Below are positions 20,701-30,995 of a stretch of DNA of 64,000 nt, in pieces. Position 1 is the stretch's first letter; every line of letters starts with the position of its first letter. Source of the stretch: an uncultured Alphaproteobacteria bacterium. GTDB taxonomy: Bacteria > Pseudomonadota > Alphaproteobacteria > RF32 > CAG-239. A program made the position numbers and the translations under genes. The notes under the pieces were generated by a model. That model searched no databases, was not told the origin of the DNA, and saw only the letters and a program-made list of their open reading frames with translations. The DNA is taken from contig CALXLC010000010.1 of assembly GCA_944389095.1 (NCBI GenBank), positions 22,154 through 86,153 on the forward strand, in the 5' to 3' direction.

Positions 20701-20862
20701 ACGCATTTGCGCCGCGGCATTAATATCCTGCAGCTCGGTGGTCCTCTCCGCGGCCTTTTTATACAACACCGGCGTCACCATGGTTATCAGCCCGAGCATG
20801 GCCAGAGCCTCCACCATCATGCTGCCCTTCTGGGCCGATTTGTAATTAAAACGTTTCAACAT
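17800..20862 (-). CDS. Giant (1020 aa) TadE/TadG-like pseudopilin-like protein with Gly-rich repeats
   Basis: N-terminus KGSMMVEALAMLGLITMVTPVLY matches the TadE/prepilin leader (G then hydrophobic stretch with Glu at +5); remainder Gly/Ser/Asn/Asp-rich repetitive; GAGGAG RBS. Confidence 0.6.
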   Translation of the reverse strand: MLKRFNYKSAQKGSMMVEALAMLGLITMVTPVLYKKAAERTTELQDINAAAQMRTLSKALDDYIKDNYVDFTMSGSPDIQEVLPEDIEPYLPYGFNLDESKLFSAFKMAYKKSVVDEGTPQEHASITGLVLAPIKNDLSIVRSSKIASMIGANGAIVEDNVANGVQGGWAAALGDYDLGTAPNGSIASSSIHAVNASSGAGTEHVLFRDDSMGDVEYNTMQVNLYMGGNSIGEVHRLIADSDSGEVLITGADEGETQKEANLVVEGAATISNLLTAGSANIADSLLLVNDTDKIKAAGKVTVTEGGIDVTGDSSITGKTTITGDTEIKKGDDGSGKLTVEGGAEISSGVNVKGGTISGASGFSGDTNNYSLVVGQSNSSDGSLLVENNAYIKNDLSIGGDFDAENIYARGILGGGRMADGTYNFLADNSSVDIAVNNMQVGDRLSISDTEAKLYVGSAVVGTDASGAFVKLDDANGVKVTDSTLDALSSGVLTAQGGGDLGGKVELDSGGAEITGTEIGLSANGGKQTVDLKSNQIAIRNTGAENPNSIYVNQDSLLLEHSYGAGGGSTASLEMTTGNIEMDATLIKAVSDNIVIDEDKMLFANDARNKSVTDSTGAFTNTVLDDGVLIRREGMISLPAGGTSDRSDLEADKGEQDVPGYIKADRLLANQAYEFPGPDANEREAGATKPYDAYQVNPAYTSVMHDIKLTTRGGARLSDILPDFINKGIYVIDNTYEEPTSGSRSWEDYTVRQSGNSIVVENQPSDCNGDMDCITTPWLGFVPTPQCPPGYSKVITINPIRWKMAEAYYVAMPPTGIPETEVAQRFKSYFVAPRDPASGRLIIAEADGSSGVHTHEFEQGMPMTFQTNTWLNTTISGVRDNSTSSTSGNMGTIRNSDFLGWHAIMGFLYHGSDYQDYLTDVAGSATANSLRGKIVWNLFPVYNEEMTAISNVYCYFERRVMSNPDWSWKSDLVDTGYDQIANFRSGYAKTGRSTGGAGYNSGDSSYRDRLNDPALGYDDPW

Positions 20863-20886
20863 CGTTCTTCTCCTCTGTCGAACTGA

Positions 20887-21555
20887 CTACACCGACGAAA
20901 GATAAACCAAACACACCCAGCCCTTGCTCAAATCGCAGACTTCCTTAAACGTTGCGTCTTCCACCACTGCCGAAGGCACATAAATATCCGCCCGGTCACG
21001 GTCAATAATCCTCACGGACGAACCCGATATGTTTTTGTCCGTACTGGTTCCGGCCAAAACCGGCGCCGTATATCCGAACATTGTCCCGCCTTCAACCGTA
21101 TTGCGGAGGGCATTCATAAAATCAACATTCGGCTCCTCCAGCTCCGTCGCCTGATTAATCCAGCGAGTCGGTATCACGCCGTAGGTCACAAGCATTTTTT
21201 TGTTTTTTCTGACGCTGCATTGCGCCTGTTCTCCGTAACTGACGGTCATATCCTCGTTCATGCAGAAAATCTGACTGATATAAGCCGGATCGTTATAATG
21301 TCCGAACGCAATATACGGATCCAAATCCTCATCCGCAATAACGCCGGGACTGTACTCCACATTTGGAGGATTGCTGACATAAGGCTTTTTGCGGTATTTC
21401 ACATAATCGCGGGCCGCTTTGTGCTTGGTAACCAGTTTTTCCACCGCGGCCTCGGCCAAAGGCTCGACCGTAATCTGCCGGATGTCTGCCCGCGGCGAAA
21501 GCGTATATGACGCCAGCACGGCCAGAAATGTTGCCAAAATCACCCAAATATACAT
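20887..21555 (-). CDS. Membrane-anchored hypothetical protein (222 aa) co-oriented with the giant pseudopilin-like gene
   Basis: Single N-terminal TM (MYIWVILATFLAVLASY), 25-nt gap to the downstream gene. Confidence 0.5.
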   Translation of the reverse strand: MYIWVILATFLAVLASYTLSPRADIRQITVEPLAEAAVEKLVTKHKAARDYVKYRKKPYVSNPPNVEYSPGVIADEDLDPYIAFGHYNDPAYISQIFCMNEDMTVSYGEQAQCSVRKNKKMLVTYGVIPTRWINQATELEEPNVDFMNALRNTVEGGTMFGYTAPVLAGTSTDKNISGSSVRIIDRDRADIYVPSAVVEDATFKEVCDLSKGWVCLVYLSSV

Positions 21556-21834
21556 GAGCAGTCCTCAAAAACCTTTTCAATCTTTTTATATTTTAGCATA
21601 AAAAAGGTTTCAAATCTATTAAATAACTAAAAATTCCCAAGATTTCACATTACTGAAACAATCTTCGTCCGCCCGCGACACCGTTTTACCTTCTGCTAAC
21701 TTTTTTGCGTTAAACTTTCGACAGGACCTAAAACAAACTAAACGTTTAATAAGTGAGAGATTTGCGTTTATTTATAAAAATAATGCTGTACAATGGGGGC
21801 AGGTTTAAACCGGCATAAATTTCTGGAGCGGACA

Positions 21835-22371
21835 ATGGTTAATTTCAACGATAATTTCGACGACGAGGAGCATCTTGAGGAAGCAACCCGCGTAAACCGC
21901 CGGAAGGTATTGCTTTTCCTTGTTCCTGCCGTAATTGTCATCGGGCTTTCGGTCGGGTTTTACTATGCCTTCAATCATCGTTTTGGCGAACACCTCAATT
22001 ACAGTATCGTCAAAAACGTTGCCGAAGACGACACCGGCCAAAAATCAGAGTCCGTCACCGTGTTTTACGAGCTCCCGGAGGTATCGGCCAAAGTAAGAAA
22101 ATCGGACGGCGGTTCGGAAACCGTAAAAATGAAAATCAGCCTGGAGCTTTCCCGGGTTGAGGATATTCCGACCGTTGAAGGCCTTCTGCCCCAGATTAAT
22201 GATGCCGTCATCTCCCATACATTGGCGCTGACGTCGGATGAAATCTCCGGTTCCGACGGCCTCTACTGGCTCAAAGAAGAACTGTTGTACCGCATCAACC
22301 TGCTGGTGGCGCCGCTTAAAGTTTCCGGTTTGAATTTCAGAAATTTTGAAATTCAGGAAGCCGAACAATAA
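21835..22371 (+). CDS. fliL: Flagellar basal-body-associated protein FliL
   Basis: N-terminal TM; C-terminal LKEELLYRINLLVAPLKV...F is FliL-like; GGAG RBS before ATG 21835. Confidence 0.75.
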   Translation: MVNFNDNFDDEEHLEEATRVNRRKVLLFLVPAVIVIGLSVGFYYAFNHRFGEHLNYSIVKNVAEDDTGQKSESVTVFYELPEVSAKVRKSDGGSETVKMKISLELSRVEDIPTVEGLLPQINDAVISHTLALTSDEISGSDGLYWLKEELLYRINLLVAPLKVSGLNFRNFEIQEAEQ

Positions 22372-22389
22372 TGTAAAGGATAGCAAAAC

Positions 22390-23466
22390 GTGGCTGAAGA
22401 AGAAAACAAAAAAAACGAAGAGAACAAAACCGACACCAGTTGGGCCGACAGCATAAAAGTCCAAAACCCGGAAGATGCTTCGGACGGAACGGATAACACC
22501 GATTCCAAAATTCTCAATCAGGAAGAAATAGACAGCCTGTTGGGATACACCAACGAAGACGACGAAGACTATCATGCCAACAAAACCGGCGTGCGGGCCA
22601 TCTTAAATTCCAGCATGGTTTCTTACGAGCGTTTGCCCATGCTCGAAATTGTTTTTGACCGGCTTATCCGCCTGATGGCAACATCCCTGCGCAATTTTAC
22701 GCAGGACAACGTTGAAGTCTCGCTGGACAGCATTGAATCAATGCGTTTCGGCGAATACATCGATTCGTTGACTTTGCCGACCCTGCTCAATGTGTTCAAG
22801 GCAGAGGAATGGGACAACTACGGCCTGATGTCGCTGGACAGTTCTCTGATTTATTCCATGGTCGATGTCTTGCTCGGCGGACGCCGGGGAACGGCGGCCA
22901 TGCGCATTGAAGGGCGCCCCTATACCACCATTGAGCTGAATATTGTCAAAGAAATGATTCAGCTGATTTTGGTCGACCTCTCAACGGCCTTTGATCCGAT
23001 TACCTCCGTCAATTTTGCCTTTGATCGTTTGGAAACCAACCCTCGTTTTGCCACAATCTCCCGTCTGTCGAACGCCGTCATTGTGGCACATCTGCGCATT
23101 GACATGGAAGACCGCGGCGGAAAAATCGACCTTATGATTCCCTACGCAACGCTGGAACCCGTCCGCGAACTTCTGCTCCAGATGTTTATGGGCGAAAGAT
23201 TCGGCCGCGACAGTATTTGGGAAAACCACCTGATGTCCCAGCTATGGGATACCGAAATCGAAATTCGCGCCGTTCTTAAAGAAACGGAAATCAAACTCGG
23301 CGAAATCTCCACATGGGAAAAAGGGTCCTTCCTGCCGTTGGACATGTTTCCGCACGAACAGGTCACCGTCGTCTGCGGCGATGTTTCCCTCCTCACCGGC
23401 TACATGGGACGCAAAAGCGACCATATCGTCATCAAAGTAGAAGGAAAGGCAGAAAAAAATGACTAG
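22390..23466 (+). CDS. fliM: Flagellar motor switch protein FliM
   Basis: EEIDSLLG N-terminal CheY-binding-like motif, central FliM domain, C-terminal FliN-like SpoA segment; GTG start. Confidence 0.85.
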   Translation: MAEEENKKNEENKTDTSWADSIKVQNPEDASDGTDNTDSKILNQEEIDSLLGYTNEDDEDYHANKTGVRAILNSSMVSYERLPMLEIVFDRLIRLMATSLRNFTQDNVEVSLDSIESMRFGEYIDSLTLPTLLNVFKAEEWDNYGLMSLDSSLIYSMVDVLLGGRRGTAAMRIEGRPYTTIELNIVKEMIQLILVDLSTAFDPITSVNFAFDRLETNPRFATISRLSNAVIVAHLRIDMEDRGGKIDLMIPYATLEPVRELLLQMFMGERFGRDSIWENHLMSQLWDTEIEIRAVLKETEIKLGEISTWEKGSFLPLDMFPHEQVTVVCGDVSLLTGYMGRKSDHIVIKVEGKAEKND

Positions 23467-23932
23467 TCTGGAATTGCTGATAAACCTGATTATCATAGCT
23501 CTGCTGGTTCCGACCATTATTTATGCTTACCGGCTGAACAAAAACCTGGAAATCCTGCGCCGCAACCAAAACGGTCTGGCCCAGCTCGTCAACGCGTTAA
23601 ATGACGCAACGTTCAAAGCCGAAAACAGCATCCCGAAGCTGAAAAGTGTCACCGAACATTCTTCGGAAGGCCTAAAAGAAGTCGTCGACAGCGCTAAAGA
23701 AATCAAGGACGATTTGCTGTTTATCAACGAACGCGCCGACAATCTGGCAGACCGGCTGGAACAGGTCATCAACGACGGCCGCCATCTCAAACCGGGAAAC
23801 GCTGAACCGGCGCCCCTGTTTGACGGTTACGAAAAAACATCTTCGGCGTCCGACGCCAAAACGGATGATGCCGACGGCGGCCGCTCCGAGGCCGAAATGG
23901 AACTGCTGAAAGCATTGCGTTCAATAAAATAA
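23459..23932 (+). CDS. Flagellar-cluster small membrane protein (hypothetical)
   Basis: N-terminal TM then coiled coil, acidic tail; overlaps the fliM stop. Confidence 0.5.
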   Translation: MTSLELLINLIIIALLVPTIIYAYRLNKNLEILRRNQNGLAQLVNALNDATFKAENSIPKLKSVTEHSSEGLKEVVDSAKEIKDDLLFINERADNLADRLEQVINDGRHLKPGNAEPAPLFDGYEKTSSASDAKTDDADGGRSEAEMELLKALRSIK

Positions 23933-23946
23933 GATAAGGTTAATCA

Positions 23947-24597
23947 ATGTCTGCAAAAAAATTCAAATTTCGTTTACTGCCGTTTTTTATCTTTATGGCT
24001 GTTTTAACCCTCAGCATCAAGGTAAATAACGTTTTTGACCTTTACAACCGCCCAACCGGCCGGCACCGTATTACGATTTCACAGGCAGAAGCGCTGGCAG
24101 AAGAAAAAATTGCCAAAGAAAACGCCGAGTTGGGTAAAGTTCTGGAACAAGGCGGTCCCGCCAGCGGAACAGCGGGAACGCAGGCGCCGAACACTTCGTT
24201 CAGCCAATCGGAAATTATGATTCTGCAGGAGCTTGCCGAACGCCGTGAAGCGCTTGATATCCGTGCCAAAGAAATTGACAAGAGAGCCATCCAGCTCAAA
24301 GTCGCCGAAGAAGAAATCAACAAAAAATTACAGCAGCTTCAGGAATATGAAAAAAAGCTCCAGAAACTGGTTTATGAATATACCGAAAAAGAAAAGGAAA
24401 ACATTAACTCTTTGGTAAAACTCTATTCATCAATGAAACCCAAAGACGCTGCGCGCATTTTCAACACGCTGGACACGGACATCACGGTTGCTTTGCTCAA
24501 AAACATGAAACCGACCAGCTCCTCCTCCATTTTATCGCAAATGGATTCCGAAAAAGCCAAGCAGGTAACTTCCGAGTTAATCGGCAATAATATTTAG
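23947..24597 (+). CDS. motE: MotE-like protein with MgtE-N-like domain
   Basis: N-terminal TM, coiled coil, C-terminal DAARIFNTLDTDITVALLKNMKPTSSSSILSQMDSEKA resembles the MgtE_N/MotE motif. Confidence 0.55.
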   Translation: MSAKKFKFRLLPFFIFMAVLTLSIKVNNVFDLYNRPTGRHRITISQAEALAEEKIAKENAELGKVLEQGGPASGTAGTQAPNTSFSQSEIMILQELAERREALDIRAKEIDKRAIQLKVAEEEINKKLQQLQEYEKKLQKLVYEYTEKEKENINSLVKLYSSMKPKDAARIFNTLDTDITVALLKNMKPTSSSSILSQMDSEKAKQVTSELIGNNI

Positions 24598-24606
24598 GGG
24601 AAAATA

Positions 24607-27159
24607 TTGAAGCGCACGGGCAGAAATATCCTGTATTTTGTTTTAGGCGGCCTTTGGCTGACGATTGCGGCGGCAAATGCGGAAGAACCTTCCGACATCA
24701 AAATAGAAAACCTGCCGCAGCCGGCACGAACCGGACAGGTTAACGTCACGACGGAACGCAGCCTGACAACTTTGTCGTCAATCGGCGCACAACAGGTCCT
24801 TCCCGCCACCAATCAAATCGCAAGCCTGAGTTTTTCTTGGAACACTCCCGTTAATCTGGCCGTCTTTCAACGTCAGAAAAAACTTTGGATTGTATTTGAC
24901 CACCGGCAGGCCATTGACGTCAAAGAACTCAAAAAAACAGCCGGCGATCTGGCCTCAAACATTGTGCAGCTGCCGCACCCGAATGCTGCCGTCATCCAGA
25001 TGGTTCCGGCCGAGGGCGTTCGTTATTCCGTTCGTAAAGAAGGATTGCTGTGGATTATGGACCTCTTCAGAAATGACCTCCCCAAGCGGCCGGTCAAAGA
25101 CGTTACCATCTACACACAGCAAGACAGCCTGCAACATGCCTATATGTTTATTCCGACTGAAAATTCGGGAAATATCGTCAACGTTATCGATCCCGATGTC
25201 GGTGATATCATCTCCGTTGCCCCGACCGCCGACATCGGCTACGGCGTCAACAATCCCTACCATTACCCCGAGTTTGATTTGCTGAACACGGAACAAGGCG
25301 TTGCCATGGCAATGAAAGCGCCTGATATAACAATCTCCAGAACCAACACCGGCCTGCTCATCAGAGCACCCGAAAGAGGCCTTAGCATATCCAAAGACTT
25401 AGACAATCTGCGCCGCAAAGAACTCTACAGCAAACGGGGAGAAACCCTATACGGCTTTGATTTTGAAGTTTCCCCCCAACTTTTGAATATGAATTTTACC
25501 GATGCCGTCAACCAGCTTAAGCAAGATATTTTGGCCGCCCCGCAAAACAGCAGAAACCAGGTGCGGCTTGAACTGGTCAAATACTATCTGGCCAAAGGCC
25601 TGGGTACCAATGCCCTGACTATGCTGGAACAGATGCTGCGCGCCAAACTTCCCGAAACGACCAGCGCCAAGTTTCATGCGCTGCTGGGAATTGCCAACTT
25701 TTTGGTTCGCCGTTATCCTGAAGCTGTCAAAGAATTTGAATATGGCAATCTTCCCGAAAACGATGACGCCGTATTTTGGCGCAGTTTGGCGCAAAGCGCT
25801 TACCAACACAAAGAAGAAAACAACGCCGTTTTATTTGCCTACCTGCCGCTGATTCGCGAATATCCTCAGGAAATCCGCGACCGCATTGCCGCTATCGGTG
25901 CGGCAACGGCCTTGCGTGCCGGAGATGATTTGGCCGCCCAAAATTTCATAGACATCTTGAAAAGAGATGACGGCAGATTAAAAAACCGGGACACCCAAAT
26001 CGATTACCTATCCGCCAAAAAAACCGAACTTCAGGGATACCCGCGCAACGCCATTCGGGAATACACCCGCATCGGCGAAATGGATGACCTCCGTTACTCG
26101 TCGCTGGCCCGTTATGACAATGCCGTCCTGCGGCAGCAAATCGGTACTTTGCCGCTCAAAGAAGCTATTGCGGAGTTGGAGCGGCTGCGCTTTGCCTGGA
26201 GCGAAAAGGATTTCAAATGGAATTTGCTCAACCGGCTGGCACAATACTATGAAAAAGATTTTGATTATTACAATGCCCTCAAAACAATGAAAGAATCCCT
26301 GATTCTGGCCGACCCTGCCCAAAAAGAAACAATGCTCCGAAAAATGGTCGGCCTGTTTGAAGACATCTTCATTGACAACCGGGGAGACAGCAAACTTTCT
26401 GCCGTAAAAGCCCTTGCCCTGTATAACGACTTTGAATGGCTCGGCCGCCTCAGTCCCCGCCATAACGAAATTACCATCAAACTGGCTGACCGGCTGGTCG
26501 CCGTAGATTTGTTGCCGCGGGCGGGAGACCTGTTGGAACAGGTATTGGCCGACACCTCAAAGCTCACACCGTTGGAACAGGCCAAAGTCGGCGCCAGAAT
26601 GGCCGTCATTCTGCTCTTTGACAACAAATATGACAGCGCACTCGAAATTCTGGAAGAAACCGAATCAGACAACCTTCCCTACCAAATTCAGGCACAGCGG
26701 CGCGTCATCAAAGCCCGAGCCCTGGCCAGCACCAACCGGGTAGACGAAGCTCTGGAACTTCTGGCCGAAGATACCGGTAAAAACGCCATTATGCTGAAAA
26801 GCGAAATCTACTGGAATGCCGGCCAGTGGAACAATGTGGCGGACACAATTAAATACCTGATAGAAAAACCCAAACCGGGACAAGAGCTCTCTCCCGAACA
26901 AATCGGTTATATACTGGATTGGGCGACTGCGCTGAAAAAATCCGGACGGGAAACAGTTTTGGTCAGACTTCGCAACAAGTTTAAACCTTATTTTGATAAA
27001 ACCAAATACAGCAGCACTTTTAATATCTTGACCAATCACCTGGAAACAGATAAGGTTGATTTAAAGGAAATTAATAATATAGTAAACGACGTACAAATGT
27101 ACAGCAACTTTACCAAAATTTATAATGAGTCGTTTAAGGAAGAATCCGACAATAAATGA
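24607..27159 (+). CDS. Large secreted TPR-repeat protein (850 aa) at the end of the flagellar block
   Basis: Signal peptide ([10 protein letters not shown]), multiple TPR-like helical repeats; TTG start. Confidence 0.55.
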   Translation: MKRTGRNILYFVLGGLWLTIAAANAEEPSDIKIENLPQPARTGQVNVTTERSLTTLSSIGAQQVLPATNQIASLSFSWNTPVNLAVFQRQKKLWIVFDHRQAIDVKELKKTAGDLASNIVQLPHPNAAVIQMVPAEGVRYSVRKEGLLWIMDLFRNDLPKRPVKDVTIYTQQDSLQHAYMFIPTENSGNIVNVIDPDVGDIISVAPTADIGYGVNNPYHYPEFDLLNTEQGVAMAMKAPDITISRTNTGLLIRAPERGLSISKDLDNLRRKELYSKRGETLYGFDFEVSPQLLNMNFTDAVNQLKQDILAAPQNSRNQVRLELVKYYLAKGLGTNALTMLEQMLRAKLPETTSAKFHALLGIANFLVRRYPEAVKEFEYGNLPENDDAVFWRSLAQSAYQHKEENNAVLFAYLPLIREYPQEIRDRIAAIGAATALRAGDDLAAQNFIDILKRDDGRLKNRDTQIDYLSAKKTELQGYPRNAIREYTRIGEMDDLRYSSLARYDNAVLRQQIGTLPLKEAIAELERLRFAWSEKDFKWNLLNRLAQYYEKDFDYYNALKTMKESLILADPAQKETMLRKMVGLFEDIFIDNRGDSKLSAVKALALYNDFEWLGRLSPRHNEITIKLADRLVAVDLLPRAGDLLEQVLADTSKLTPLEQAKVGARMAVILLFDNKYDSALEILEETESDNLPYQIQAQRRVIKARALASTNRVDEALELLAEDTGKNAIMLKSEIYWNAGQWNNVADTIKYLIEKPKPGQELSPEQIGYILDWATALKKSGRETVLVRLRNKFKPYFDKTKYSSTFNILTNHLETDKVDLKEINNIVNDVQMYSNFTKIYNESFKEESDNK

Positions 27160-29135
27160 GTGGTTTATATCAGCTGGAAAGCCCGTTTACACCGGCCGGA
27201 GACCAGCCGGAAGCAATTCGGGAACTTTGTGACGGCATTGTCCGCGGAGAAAAAAATCAGGTCCTGCTCGGTGTCACCGGCAGCGGCAAAACTTACACTA
27301 TGGCCAAAATCATAGAGCAAAGCGAACGACCGGCTCTGATTATGGCCCCCAATAAAATTCTTGCCGCCCAGCTTTACAGCGAGATGAAAGAGTTTTTTCC
27401 GCACAATCACGTTGAATATTTTGTATCTTATTACGACTATTACCAACCGGAAGCTTACGTCCCCAAAACAGACACCTACATTGAAAAAGACTCTGCCGTC
27501 AACGAGCAGATTGACCGGATGCGCAATGCCGCCACCCGCAACATTCTGGAGTATCGGGACGTTATCATTGTCGCTTCGGTATCCTGTATTTACGGCCTGG
27601 GTGATGTTGAAGCTTATGCCTCAATGACAATTCCTCTGGAAGTCGGTCAGGAAATCTCGCCCAAAGATGTCTATAAACGTCTGGCAGAGCTCCAATACGA
27701 ACGCAACCAGCAAAACTTTGTCCGTGCCACGTTCCGGGTCCAGGGCGACACGCTGGATATTTTTCCGGCCCACTACGAAGACCGTGCCTGGCGGATTTCC
27801 TTCTTTGGTGATGAAATCGAAAATATTTACGAATTTGATTCTCTCACCGGCAAAAGAACTGCTGAGCTTAACCGCGTGGTCGTTTATCCGGCAAACCACT
27901 ATGTAACACCCCGCCCGGCTATTTCTCAGGCGATTGTCAACATCAAAAAAGAACTGGCGGAACAAATTGAAATTTTCAAGCAGCAAAACAAACTTCTGGA
28001 AGCGCAGCGTATCGAACAACGCACCCGTTTTGACATTGAAATGCTGGAAAGTACCGGCCACTGCAAAGGCATTGAAAACTATTCGCGCTATCTGACCGGA
28101 CGCAAAGCCGGAGACCCGCCGCCCACCTTGTTTGAATACATGCCCCGGGATGCCCTGTTATTTATTGACGAAAGTCATGTCTCGGTACCGCAAATCGGCG
28201 GCATGTTTCGAGGCGACTTCAACCGCAAAACCACCCTGTCGGCTTATGGCTTTCGTCTTCCGTCCTGTGTGGACAACCGCCCGCTCAAATTTGAAGAATG
28301 GAATCAAATGCGCGGACAGACAATTTTTGTTTCCGCCACCCCCGGCGATTGGGAGTTAGAACAAAGTCACGGCGTTTTTGCCGAACAGGTTATCCGCCCC
28401 ACCGGCCTGACCGATCCGTTATGCATTGTCCGTCCGGTTGAAAACCAAATTGACGACCTGATGCACGAATGCCGGCAAACCGCGGCCAAAGGCGAACGTG
28501 TCCTTGTCACGACCCTCACCAAGAAAATGGCCGAAGATTTAACCGAGTACTTAAACGACAACGGCATTAAAGTCCGTTACCTGCATTCGGATATCGAAAC
28601 ACTGGAGCGCATCGAAATCATTCGAGATCTGCGTCTGTGCATTTTTGACGTACTGGTCGGCATCAACCTGCTTCGCGAAGGATTAGACATTCCCGAATGC
28701 TCCTTGGTTGCCATTCTGGATGCCGACAAAGAAGGCTTTCTCCGTTCCGAACGCTCACTCATTCAAACCATCGGACGAGCCGCCCGCAATGCCGAAGGCC
28801 GGGTTATTCTGTACGCAGACAAAATGACCGGCTCTCTGGAAGCCGCCCTCAACGAAACCAACCGCCGCCGCAAAAAACAGCTCAATTATAACGCCGAGCA
28901 CGGCATCACGCCGCAAACAATCAAAAAGAAAATTTCCAGCACCTTGAGCGAAATGACGGCCGGAGACTATATTGACAGCAAACCGCAAGAAGTCGAACAA
29001 ATCAAAGACATCGACAAGAAATTAAAAGAATACAAAAAACGCATGCAGGAAGCTGCTGCCAATCTTGAGTTTGAAACCGCCATGGTCTACCGTGACAAAA
29101 TCAAAGAACTGGAGCAGCTTTACCTCAAAAGTTAA
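27156..29135 (+). CDS. uvrB: Excinuclease ABC subunit B
   Basis: GVTGSGKT Walker A, helicase motifs, C-terminal UvrB/UvrC interaction region. Confidence 0.92.
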   Translation: MSGLYQLESPFTPAGDQPEAIRELCDGIVRGEKNQVLLGVTGSGKTYTMAKIIEQSERPALIMAPNKILAAQLYSEMKEFFPHNHVEYFVSYYDYYQPEAYVPKTDTYIEKDSAVNEQIDRMRNAATRNILEYRDVIIVASVSCIYGLGDVEAYASMTIPLEVGQEISPKDVYKRLAELQYERNQQNFVRATFRVQGDTLDIFPAHYEDRAWRISFFGDEIENIYEFDSLTGKRTAELNRVVVYPANHYVTPRPAISQAIVNIKKELAEQIEIFKQQNKLLEAQRIEQRTRFDIEMLESTGHCKGIENYSRYLTGRKAGDPPPTLFEYMPRDALLFIDESHVSVPQIGGMFRGDFNRKTTLSAYGFRLPSCVDNRPLKFEEWNQMRGQTIFVSATPGDWELEQSHGVFAEQVIRPTGLTDPLCIVRPVENQIDDLMHECRQTAAKGERVLVTTLTKKMAEDLTEYLNDNGIKVRYLHSDIETLERIEIIRDLRLCIFDVLVGINLLREGLDIPECSLVAILDADKEGFLRSERSLIQTIGRAARNAEGRVILYADKMTGSLEAALNETNRRRKKQLNYNAEHGITPQTIKKKISSTLSEMTAGDYIDSKPQEVEQIKDIDKKLKEYKKRMQEAAANLEFETAMVYRDKIKELEQLYLKS

Positions 29136-29138
29136 CGA

Positions 29139-30989
29139 CTATTCCACCGTCACCGATTTTGCCAGATTCCGCGGCTGATCAACCTCGCGCCCCAGATTGT
29201 CGGCAATATAATAAGCCAGCAGCTGCAACGGAATGTTAACCAATAACGGAGAAAAAATCTCCCGGCAGTGCGGAATAAGCAAAACCGTGTCAAACATGGC
29301 TTTTTGCCGTAAATCTTCCACCGGACTGACGGCAATAAGACGAGCCTTGCGGGCATAGACTTCTTCACAGTTTGACAACATCTTGTCATAAGTCTGACTG
29401 CCCGGAATCAAAACCGCCACCACCGGCATATGCTCGTCCAGCAAAGCAATCGGCCCGTGCTTAAGTTCCCCGGCGGCATAACCGTTGGCATTAATATAGC
29501 TGATTTCTTTGAGTTTTAACGCACCTTCCAATGCCGAAGCCAGATTTACGCCTCGCGCCATAAATACAAAATTTTTAAAAGAAGAAAATTTCAGGGCACA
29601 TTGCTGAATTTCCCCGCTGTTGCTTAAAATTTCCTCAAGCTTGGCCGGAATTTGCAGCAGCTCCCGCTTCAAAGAAAGAATTTCTTCCGCCGGCAGCGTC
29701 TTTCCGGCCTCCGCTATTGACAATGCCAGCAAATACAAACTCATCAACTGCGCCGTATAAGACTTTGTTGCCGCCACGCTGACCTCAATTCCGGCCTTCA
29801 GCGGCAGCACCATATCGGCACAGCGGACAATACTGGAATCTTCACGATTGGTCAAAGCCAGGATTCTTGCGCCGGCAGCTCTGGCCTGTTTAAGTGCCGT
29901 CAGCGTATCCGCCGTTTCTCCGGACTGGGAAATACCGACAACCAATGTCTGCGCATCAGTCAAATGCGGCTGATAAATATATTCGCTGGCCGCCTCAACA
30001 GACACCGGAATCCGGCACAGACTCTCCATAACATACCGCGCCACCGCCGCTGCATGCAGTGATGTGCCGCAGGCAATGATTTCCACCCTGCGGATTCCCG
30101 CCGTTAAGACCGCCGGATTAATTCCTTCCAAGACTACCGGCCGGTTAACATCCGGCAGACGCAAAGCCAGCTGCCCCCTGATAATATCCGGCTGTTCATT
30201 AATTTCCTTAAGCATAAAATGCTTATAACCGCGTTTGCTGATGGCTTCCGGCTCCAGACTGAGCGGTTCTGCTCGCTTGGAGATAACCTGCCCGTTAAAG
30301 TTTTTAACCGTCACATCATTCTGACGAACAATCGCCAATTCGTTATCATCAAGATAAATTATTTTTTCGGCCTTGCCGACAAGCGCCGGAATATCGCTGG
30401 CAATAAAATTTTCATCATGTCCCAGCCCGACAATCAACGGCGCGTTTTTTCTGACGGCAATAATCTTATCCGGTTCATTTTGATGCATAATACAAAAGGC
30501 AAAAGCGCCCTTCAGTTGATTCACGGCGCGAATAACCGCCGCCTCCAGAGACCCGCATTGTTTATATTCATCATCAATCAGATGAACCGCTGTCTCGGTA
30601 TCCGTCTGAGAAAAAAAGTGATAGCCTTTTTGTTGCAGTTGCGCTTTCAATGTTTCAAAATTTTCAATAATACCGTTATGCACCAACGCCAGCTTTCCAT
30701 CATTCGATTTATGCGGATGAGCATTGTCAAGGGTTGCGCCGCCGTGTGTCGCCCACCGGATATGTCCGATACCCTGCCCGGAATGGTGAACTCTGGCCCT
30801 AACTCCGGCCAACACGTCATACAGATTATTCAACTTTCCTTCTGCTCGGAAGACATCGATGCTGCCGTTGTCATTAAGCGCGACCCCGGCCGAATCATAA
30901 CCCCGATATTCAAGATTTTTCAAACCGTCGAGCAAAACCTCCTCCACGGCATTATTTCCGATATAACCGACAATTCCGCACATTTTCAA
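29139..30989 (-). CDS. glmS: Glutamine--fructose-6-phosphate aminotransferase
   Basis: MCGIVGY N-terminal nucleophile, two SIS domains, C-terminal ...VTVE. Confidence 0.92.
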   Translation of the reverse strand: MKMCGIVGYIGNNAVEEVLLDGLKNLEYRGYDSAGVALNDNGSIDVFRAEGKLNNLYDVLAGVRARVHHSGQGIGHIRWATHGGATLDNAHPHKSNDGKLALVHNGIIENFETLKAQLQQKGYHFFSQTDTETAVHLIDDEYKQCGSLEAAVIRAVNQLKGAFAFCIMHQNEPDKIIAVRKNAPLIVGLGHDENFIASDIPALVGKAEKIIYLDDNELAIVRQNDVTVKNFNGQVISKRAEPLSLEPEAISKRGYKHFMLKEINEQPDIIRGQLALRLPDVNRPVVLEGINPAVLTAGIRRVEIIACGTSLHAAAVARYVMESLCRIPVSVEAASEYIYQPHLTDAQTLVVGISQSGETADTLTALKQARAAGARILALTNREDSSIVRCADMVLPLKAGIEVSVAATKSYTAQLMSLYLLALSIAEAGKTLPAEEILSLKRELLQIPAKLEEILSNSGEIQQCALKFSSFKNFVFMARGVNLASALEGALKLKEISYINANGYAAGELKHGPIALLDEHMPVVAVLIPGSQTYDKMLSNCEEVYARKARLIAVSPVEDLRQKAMFDTVLLIPHCREIFSPLLVNIPLQLLAYYIADNLGREVDQPRNLAKSVTVE

Positions 30990-30995
30990 CTTCTC

